DNA of 15,772 nt from Gemmatimonadota bacterium (GTDB lineage: Bacteria > Gemmatimonadota > Gemmatimonadetes > Palauibacterales > Palauibacteraceae): NCBI GenBank assembly GCA_039588275.1, contig JBDHAC010000074.1, positions 1-15,772 of the forward strand, written 5' to 3'. Positions 9,770 to 15,772 of the stretch are shown here, one piece after another. Below the pieces are notes generated by a model. The model was not told the origin of the DNA, made no database searches, and saw only the letters and a program-made list of their open reading frames with translations. A program made the position numbers and the translations under genes. The number at the start of each line of letters is the position of its first letter. Position 1 is the stretch's first letter.

Positions 9770-11079
9770 TGAGGGTCCTCGTCGTCGGGAGTGGCGGGCG
9801 CGAGCACGCGATCGTCGACAAGCTCCGGCGCGACGAACCGGGGGCCAAACTGTATGCCGCGCCGGGAAACCCCGGCATCGCCGAGCTGGCCCAGAAGGTG
9901 CCGCTGGCCGCCGACGACATCGACGGGTTGGCCGGCTTCGCGCAGCGGGAGAGCATCGACCTGACCGTCGTGGGGCCCGAGGTGCCGTTGGCCGCCGGGA
10001 TCGTGGACCTGTTCCAGTCGCGCGGCGTGCCGATCCTCGGTCCGACGCGCGCCGCTTCGCGCATCGAGGCTTCGAAGGCGTTCGCCAAGAGGCTCATGCA
10101 GGAGCAGGAGGTTCCGACCGCGGACTTCGTGACCTTCACGGACGCCGAGACAGCGCTCGCCCACGTCCGAGCCCTGGGCGGTCCCCTCGTCGTCAAGGCG
10201 TCGGGCCTCGCTGCGGGCAAAGGCGCGATCGTCTGTCCGACGACCGAGGAGGCTCTCGCGGCGGTCGGGGCGCTCATGGTAGAGAACCGCTTCGGAGATG
10301 CCGGCGCTGAAGTAGTGATAGAGGAGTTCATGGAGGGTATGGAGGTCTCGGTGTTCTTCCTGACGGACGGGGATCGTGCCGTTCCCCTCCTGACCTCGAG
10401 GGACTACAAGCGCGTCGGGGAAGGTGATCTGGGACTCAATACGGGCGGAATGGGCGCCTATTCTCCGGCCTCGCCCAGCGACACGGAGTTTCTCGAAGAC
10501 GTCCGGCGCACGATCGCGCAGCCCGTGCTCGAAGCGCTCGCGGGCGAAGGGTGTCCGTATCGGGGGTTTCTGTACGCGGGCTTGATGTTGACGGTGGACG
10601 GACCCCGTGTGGTAGAGTTCAACTGTCGTCTGGGAGATCCCGAGACGCAGGCGGTCCTGCCGCTCACCGCATCGAACCTGCTGGAGCCGATGCTCGCGAT
10701 CGCCCGCGGAGAGGGGCTCGGGGAGTGGGTGGCACACCCGGTACCGGGCGCAGCCCTGGTCACGGTGCTGGCCAGCGCGGGGTATCCGGAGTCGTCCGAC
10801 CGAAGCCGACCCATCGAGCTGCCGGCCATGGATCCCGATACGGTCCGCGTTTACCACGCCGGCACCGCCCGCGAGGCTGGAGCGCTCGTCTCGAAGGGCG
10901 GCCGCGTGCTCGGCGTCACCGGTCTCGGCGCTAACCTGGAGCAGGCCGCACGCAACAGCCGTGAGGCGGCGGGGCGCATACACTTCGATGGCGTCCATTG
11001 GCGGGGGGACATCGGGTGGCACGAGCTGTCGCCCGATCGCTCTCCGGAGTCCGTCTCACCCGCCCCACCCGCATCCTGA
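9769..11079 (+). CDS. purD: Phosphoribosylamine--glycine ligase
   Basis: MRVLVVGSGGREHAI, PGNPG, VVGPEVPL, EASKAFAK, VVKASGLAAGKG, NTGGMGAYSP, EFNCRLGDPETQ, GGRVL. The ATG overlaps the M48 stop (TGATG); GTG at 9766 is an alternative start. Confidence 0.98.
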   Translation: MRVLVVGSGGREHAIVDKLRRDEPGAKLYAAPGNPGIAELAQKVPLAADDIDGLAGFAQRESIDLTVVGPEVPLAAGIVDLFQSRGVPILGPTRAASRIEASKAFAKRLMQEQEVPTADFVTFTDAETALAHVRALGGPLVVKASGLAAGKGAIVCPTTEEALAAVGALMVENRFGDAGAEVVIEEFMEGMEVSVFFLTDGDRAVPLLTSRDYKRVGEGDLGLNTGGMGAYSPASPSDTEFLEDVRRTIAQPVLEALAGEGCPYRGFLYAGLMLTVDGPRVVEFNCRLGDPETQAVLPLTASNLLEPMLAIARGEGLGEWVAHPVPGAALVTVLASAGYPESSDRSRPIELPAMDPDTVRVYHAGTAREAGALVSKGGRVLGVTGLGANLEQAARNSREAAGRIHFDGVHWRGDIGWHELSPDRSPESVSPAPPAS

Positions 11080-11097
11080 CCGCCCGCCTGCGTTACG

Positions 11098-11925
11098 GTG
11101 CCCGAGCTACCCGAGGTCGAAACCATTCGCCGCGAGTTGGCACCCGAACTCCAGGGTCGGCGCATCGAGCGGCTCTCGGTGCGCAAGCCGGACATCCTCC
11201 TCGGCCCCCGCACGGCCCGCGCTTTTCGGAGGCGGGTGGAAGGCCGCCTCGTTTCCGGAGTGTCTCGACGCGCCAAGTACCTGCTCTTCCATCTGGAGGG
11301 GGGCCACCTGATGCAGGTGCAACTGCGCATGAGCGGCCGCTTCGCGCTGGGGGAGCGACTGCCGGACCCGGGAGAGTTCAAGCACATCGTCGCCCAATTC
11401 GCGTTGGACGATGGGCGGACCCTGTTCTACGACGACGTGCGGCGACTCGGCGGATTCCGCATGCTCTCGGGTGCCGAGTGGAGGCGACTGGAGGCGAACC
11501 TCGGCCCCGAACCCCTGGAGCCGGGCTTCACCGGCGCTCGACTTCGAGAGGCCCTCGCCGGCCGGCGCGCACCGGTGAAGAACGTCCTGATGGACCAACG
11601 CCGGGTCGCCGGAGTCGGAAACATCTACGCGAGCGAGGCGCTACACGCGGCTCGCATCGACCCGCGTCGCCCCGCCGGAGAGCTGGCTGCCCCCGAGTTG
11701 CGGCGTCTCCACCGCTCGATCCGTCGAATACTCGCGAGCGCGCTCGCGCAGGCCGGGACCACGTTCCGGAACTACCGCGCGGTGAACGGTCGCAGCGGTA
11801 GCTTCCAGTCGCTACTCCGAGTCTACGGACGGGAGGGTGAGCGGTGTGAGCGCTGCCGTTCGGAGATCGTTCGCATCGTCCAGGCCGGTCGCAGCACGTT
11901 CTATTGTGCCACCTGCCAGCGGTGA
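11098..11925 (+). CDS. mutM: Formamidopyrimidine-DNA glycosylase / AP lyase (Fpg)
   Basis: 275 aa. MPELPEVET catalytic N-terminus, RRAKYL, LRMSG, LGPEPL, LMDQRRVAGVGNIYASE (H2TH), C-terminal zinc finger CERC...RSTFYCATCQ. Confidence 0.98.
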   Translation: MPELPEVETIRRELAPELQGRRIERLSVRKPDILLGPRTARAFRRRVEGRLVSGVSRRAKYLLFHLEGGHLMQVQLRMSGRFALGERLPDPGEFKHIVAQFALDDGRTLFYDDVRRLGGFRMLSGAEWRRLEANLGPEPLEPGFTGARLREALAGRRAPVKNVLMDQRRVAGVGNIYASEALHAARIDPRRPAGELAAPELRRLHRSIRRILASALAQAGTTFRNYRAVNGRSGSFQSLLRVYGREGERCERCRSEIVRIVQAGRSTFYCATCQR

Positions 11926-11991
11926 GCTCCGGCGACCCGCTCGGGCGCTTCAGCGACCCGCGAGCTCGTCTTCGCCGGAGCGGCATTTGTT
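11926..11991 (+). terminator. Long hairpin after mutM, possible terminator or attenuator
   Basis: GCTCCGGCGA (11926-11935) pairs perfectly with TCGCCGGAGC (11972-11981). It encloses an inner imperfect stem and is followed by GGCATTTGTT, a weak U tract. Confidence 0.5.
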
Positions 11992-12110
11992 CGGGCCCAT
12001 CGGGCGGGCTATCGTCGTGTCCGGCGGTGGGGTGAGGCAAAACAGCCCTCCACGACCTGCGGACTCACGCATGGTCACCCGACGACGAATCGTACGGCTT
12101 TGGCGGCGAC

Positions 12111-12710
12111 GTGCCTGTGGGATACAGGGATCAGAGCGACCAGGACCTCGTCCAGGGATGCCTCCGAGGTGACGAGCGCGCCGCTCGCGAGATCATCCAT
12201 CGCTTCGAGAAGCCGGTGTTCTCGCTCATCTATCGGATGGTGCGCGACCGCGAGCTGGCGGAGGATCTCTCGCAGGAGGCCTTCGTCCGGACGCTCAACA
12301 ACCTCCGGCGGTACGACCCCGCGTACAAATTCTCTTCGTGGCTGTTCAAGATCGCGTACAACCTCACGATCGATCATCTCCGGAAGAAGGAGCTGGAGGT
12401 CGTATCGATCCAGGGAGCGCCGGATGCGGTCACTCCCGATCAGCAGGCGGCCACGTCGATCGCGCTCGAGACACGAGATGAGAGGCCTGATCAGCTGTTC
12501 GAGGCGCGCTCGCTCGGATCGGAGATCGAGACGGCGATCGATCGGTTACGACCGGAGTACCGGACCGCGATCCTTTTGCGGCACGTGGAGGGGCACTCGT
12601 ACGAGGAGATCGCCGAGATCATGGACGTACCTCTGGGCACGGTAAAGACGTATATCCACCGCGCGCGCGGGGAGCTGAAGATCGCGCTGCTGCACCTGCT
12701 AGAGCCTTGA
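12111..12710 (+). CDS. ECF RNA polymerase sigma factor, SigW-like
   Basis: 199 aa. Region 2 AEDLSQEAF...KFSSWLFKIAYNLTIDHLRK and region 4 SYEEIAEIMDVPLGTVKTYIHRAR closely resemble Bacillus SigW motifs as I recall them. GTG start with a weak RBS. Confidence 0.93.
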   Translation: MPVGYRDQSDQDLVQGCLRGDERAAREIIHRFEKPVFSLIYRMVRDRELAEDLSQEAFVRTLNNLRRYDPAYKFSSWLFKIAYNLTIDHLRKKELEVVSIQGAPDAVTPDQQAATSIALETRDERPDQLFEARSLGSEIETAIDRLRPEYRTAILLRHVEGHSYEEIAEIMDVPLGTVKTYIHRARGELKIALLHLLEP

Positions 12711-12740
12711 GCCACATGCATTTTCCGGAGGCCGGGCGCC

Positions 12741-12767
12741 TGAAACCAGACGCTCGGGGCTTCCGTA
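12741..12767 (+). promoter_or_regulatory. SigW-type ECF sigma promoter between the sigma and anti-sigma genes
   Basis: TGAAAC (12741-12746), 17 nt, CGTA (12764-12767), 43 nt upstream of GTG 12811. Confidence 0.78.
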
Positions 12768-12810
12768 GGGTACACGGGCGCGAGAGGCGCGCCGCAAGAC
12801 GAGGAACGAA

Positions 12811-13407
12811 GTGAGCAAACACCTGACACAGGACGAGATCGAGCTGTTCGCGAAAGCGGGCGGCTCCCCAGCCCCGGAGGCCCGCCGCACGCACGCCAAG
12901 ACGTGTGCGCGGTGCCAGGAGGACATCGGCGCGTGGAGGGCCCTCGACGGGCACCTCGCACGATTGCGGCAGATCTCGCCCGCACCCGGCTTCACGAGCC
13001 AGGTCATGGCTCGCGTCCGACTACCGGTGCCCATGTACGAGCGTGCGTTCGCGCTCGCCCGGCGCCGCTGGGCGCTGGTCACGGCGGCCGCCGCCGCGCT
13101 AGCGCTCACAGTCACCGGATCCGCGTACTGGCTGTTCGAATCGCAGGGACTGGCACCGATCGAGGTCGGCGCCTTTCTGCTTGGCGGTGCGCGAGACCTC
13201 GCCGTGCGCGGGCTGCTTGCGCTCGGGCGGGTCGCGTACGACCTCGGCCTGGTGGACGCCGGGACGACGTTCGCCGACCAGTTGAGCGCGACACAAGCGC
13301 TCGGCGGACTGGCGCTGGCCGGCATGATCGGACTCCTGGCGGTGGCCAGCATGGTGCGATTGATGCGACCCACGCCGGGGCTGATCGGGGCCACGAGTCG
13401 GGAATGA
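12811..13407 (+). CDS. Zinc-binding (ZAS / zf-HC2) membrane anti-sigma factor
   Basis: 198 aa. H4-x23-H28-x3-C32-x2-C35 ZAS motif, APGFTSQVMARV linker typical of anti-sigmas, then hydrophobic segments (WALVTAAAAALALTVTGSAYWLF and ALGGLALAGMIGLLAVASMV). GAGGA RBS. Adjacent to the ECF sigma gene. Confidence 0.85.
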   Translation: MSKHLTQDEIELFAKAGGSPAPEARRTHAKTCARCQEDIGAWRALDGHLARLRQISPAPGFTSQVMARVRLPVPMYERAFALARRRWALVTAAAAALALTVTGSAYWLFESQGLAPIEVGAFLLGGARDLAVRGLLALGRVAYDLGLVDAGTTFADQLSATQALGGLALAGMIGLLAVASMVRLMRPTPGLIGATSRE

Positions 13408-13472
13408 CCGCTGCGATCGAAGGGCAACTAAGAGACCATGTGGACGGGTTGTGAAGTCATAGGCGAGGTGAC

Positions 13473-15035
13473 ATGAGGAAGTTCAGTTGGAGAGGCGCCG
13501 GCCGACAGGTTGGCCTGTACGCGCTTGGGTTGCTCGTCGCTACGAGCGGTTTCGTGGTCGCACAGGAGTCCGAAGTCGTCTCGAGTGCGGTGACGCTCTC
13601 CTCGCGTCAGGGAGGACGCGCTGAGCTCAGCATTGAGCTCGCGAACGGGGTCGAGCACCGCATCACGTTCAACCGTGGCGCGATCCGAATCGACGACCAA
13701 CAGATCGGCGCCTACGAAGAGGGCGGTGCCTTCATCGAATCCTGGCGCGAGCTGCTCCGCGAACAGGTGGAGCTCGATCACAGCGGACTGCGCGAGCGAC
13801 TGCTCCAATGGCGGGCCGGCGAGCTGGCCGACGCGGAAGCGTCCGCCGCGGATGCGCTCTACGCAGGGCTCGGCCGGTTGCTCGGCGCCCCGGAGCCGGC
13901 CGCTCCCGCGGTCGAGGAGACGGCGACTGTCACTGGACCCGGTGGAAACCAGCTCGCGATCGCGCCAGGCGGGATCGGCTTCGAAGAGCTCGCCCGTGAG
14001 CTGGAACGGCTCCAGGGCTCACTCGCTTCGTTGAGCGACGCGGCGCGAGACGCGGGAAGCCGTCTGGCTCTGATCGTCCACGACGATTACGCGATATCCC
14101 CGGGCCGCACGGTAGAGGGCAACCTTGCGCTGCTAGATGGTACGCTGGAGATCGGCGGGACCGTGGCGGGCGACGTGCTGGTCCTGAACGGCGACCTCGT
14201 GTTGGCCGATGGCGCTCGCATCGAGGGCGATGTCCTGCAGGTCGGTGGCTCGGTGGAGACCCTGGGCGGCGTTGTGGCCGGTGAGATCCTCTCGGACATC
14301 GCGGTGAGCCCCTCGCGATCGAGTGGACCCGTGACCCGCGAGGCGCCCGAGGTCCGGGTGCGGGCCCCGGTCGTCCAGCGTTCCCGCGCCCGGAGCGTCC
14401 GCGGCCCGTTCCGTCAGTTAACGCACAACCTGGGGCACGCGGCCGGAGGCTTCACGGGAGCCCTCAGCGCCTTCCTCGCGCTCGGTGTGCTCGGACTGTT
14501 GACGGTCTATTTCGGCCGGCGGCGCCTCGAGATGGTGGCGGACACCGTGCGCCATGAGTTCGCGCGCTCCTTCGCCATGGGGCTAGCGGGCGAGGTGCTC
14601 TTCTTCCCCGCCCTCCTGATCATGACGGTACTGGTGATCACGATTCCGGTGATCCCGTTCTTCGTGATCGGGACCGGACTCGCCATGTTGTGCGGCTATC
14701 TGGCCGTCGCGCACGGTGCCGGAGAGATGTTCGCCCGCCGCAGGTATCGGTACGAGTGGCTCGAGCGTCTGCGTCGATCCAACTCCTACTACTACGTCCT
14801 CAGTGGGCTCGTCCTGCTTCTCATCCCGTTCGCCCTCGCATCCGCACTCTGGGTGTTCGGAGGCTTGCTCGGGTTCCTGCGTGGCCTGGTGGTGTTCGTG
14901 GCGTGCGTGGCCACGTGGGTCCTGTGCACCAGCGGATTCGGCGCCGTCCTCCTGACGCGCGGGGGATCCCGAAGCGTGGTAGTGGATTGGGGAGCCACCG
15001 AGCCCGAGGGCGAGGGTGAGGTGTCCGATGCCTGA
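13473..15035 (+). CDS. Membrane protein with bactofilin/polymer-forming-cytoskeletal-like beta-helix repeats
   Basis: 520 aa. N-terminal signal-like segment, repeats VEGNLALLDGTLEIGGTVAGDVLVLNGDLVLADGARIEGDVLQVGGSV, an Arg/Pro-rich linker and about five C-terminal TM helices. GAGGTG RBS. Confidence 0.8.
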   Translation: MRKFSWRGAGRQVGLYALGLLVATSGFVVAQESEVVSSAVTLSSRQGGRAELSIELANGVEHRITFNRGAIRIDDQQIGAYEEGGAFIESWRELLREQVELDHSGLRERLLQWRAGELADAEASAADALYAGLGRLLGAPEPAAPAVEETATVTGPGGNQLAIAPGGIGFEELARELERLQGSLASLSDAARDAGSRLALIVHDDYAISPGRTVEGNLALLDGTLEIGGTVAGDVLVLNGDLVLADGARIEGDVLQVGGSVETLGGVVAGEILSDIAVSPSRSSGPVTREAPEVRVRAPVVQRSRARSVRGPFRQLTHNLGHAAGGFTGALSAFLALGVLGLLTVYFGRRRLEMVADTVRHEFARSFAMGLAGEVLFFPALLIMTVLVITIPVIPFFVIGTGLAMLCGYLAVAHGAGEMFARRRYRYEWLERLRRSNSYYYVLSGLVLLLIPFALASALWVFGGLLGFLRGLVVFVACVATWVLCTSGFGAVLLTRGGSRSVVVDWGATEPEGEGEVSDA

Positions 15036-15772
15036 CGGCCAGGACCCCACGCGTCCCGTAATCCGGACCGCTGCGCTCCTCGCGATCACATTGCTGGGTG
15101 CTGCTGCGCCCCTGGCGCCGGCCGGCGCGCAGGAGTGGCGTGATTTCCGTGCGGCCCGGCAGGGGGAGGGCTACGAGTCGCTGGATGCCGAGATCGTCTA
15201 CGGTATCGGCCGCCTGACGATTACCCGCTCGGACCAGTCGTTCCTGTACGACGTCCACATGCGCTACGATGCGGAGCGCTTCGTGCCCGTCCGAAGCTGG
15301 AACGCGCACGGCCAACAGGGGAAGCTGCGCATCGCGATCACGTCCACGGGGCTCGAGGACGACGACGACCGGCGCGTAAAGGTGCACCTGGACGACTTCG
15401 ATCTCGATCTGAACCTGGACGATCTGACGCGAGTGGGTGACTCCGACGGCCGGCTCGCGCTCGAGCTACACCCGGGCGTTCCGACCAGCCTCCGCGTCCG
15501 CGCCGGGGCTTCGGAAAACCGGCTCGAGCTCGGTGGACTCTCGCTGACCGGGCTGGATGTCGCCACCGGAGCCAGCAGCACGCGCATCTCGTTCGAGGAG
15601 GCGAACCTGAGCCGTATGTCCGAGCTCACGCTGAAGGCGGGAGCGGCCGAGTTCCGGGCTGAAAAGCTCGGGAACGCGCGTTTCGATCACCTCAGCTTCC
15701 ACGGCGGCATCGGGGACGTCACGCTGGACTTCACCGGAGCCTGGGAGCAGGACGCCACGGCCTCGGTCAGCA
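15028..15772 (+). CDS. Secreted toast-rack / LiaF-LiaG-like beta-strand repeat protein (partial, runs off the right edge)
   Basis: Absent from the ORF track. Open from ATG 15028 to the window end, overlapping the previous gene by 8 nt, with a GAGGTG RBS. Manual translation: MPDGQDPTRPVIRTAALLAITLLGAAAPLAPAGA-QEWRDF...LELHPGVPTSLRVRAGASENRLELGGLSLTGLDVATGASSTRISF...LTLKAGAAEFRAEKLGNARFDHLSFHGGIGDVTLDFTG. The family assignment is from motif memory. Confidence 0.75.
   Translation, partial: MPDGQDPTRPVIRTAALLAITLLGAAAPLAPAGAQEWRDFRAARQGEGYESLDAEIVYGIGRLTITRSDQSFLYDVHMRYDAERFVPVRSWNAHGQQGKLRIAITSTGLEDDDDRRVKVHLDDFDLDLNLDDLTRVGDSDGRLALELHPGVPTSLRVRAGASENRLELGGLSLTGLDVATGASSTRISFEEANLSRMSELTLKAGAAEFRAEKLGNARFDHLSFHGGIGDVTLDFTGAWEQDATASVS

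Overview
High-GC bacterial chromosomal segment, mostly housekeeping genes; the gene content is suggestive of a Gemmatimonadota-like organism, which is an unverified impression. The minus-strand block, read right to left, is: an IS200/IS605 TnpA (Y1 HUH)-like ORF lacking its catalytic residues, glmM, glmS, a YkvA/DUF1232 protein, a secreted hypothetical protein, cysS, tRNA-Thr(TGT), tRNA-Tyr(GTA) and the first 32 codons of tuf. The divergent plus-strand block is: a cystathionine gamma-synthase/lyase family enzyme, an M48 zinc peptidase, purD, mutM, a SigW-like ECF sigma factor, a zinc-binding (ZAS) membrane anti-sigma factor, a bactofilin-like beta-helix membrane protein and a truncated toast-rack/LiaF-LiaG-like secreted protein. 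Two signals stand out. (1) An intact but apparently catalytically dead Y1 transposase homologue (HUH motif DHVH->DRVH, catalytic Tyr/Gln absent) heads the glmM-glmS run and is followed by two tandem hairpins with an identical GCATCGGCT core. It is a candidate domesticated hairpin-binding protein. (2) Two identical SigW-type promoter motifs, TGAAAC-N17-CGTA, lie upstream of the M48 peptidase-purD-mutM run and between the sigma and anti-sigma genes, outlining a local ECF regulon.
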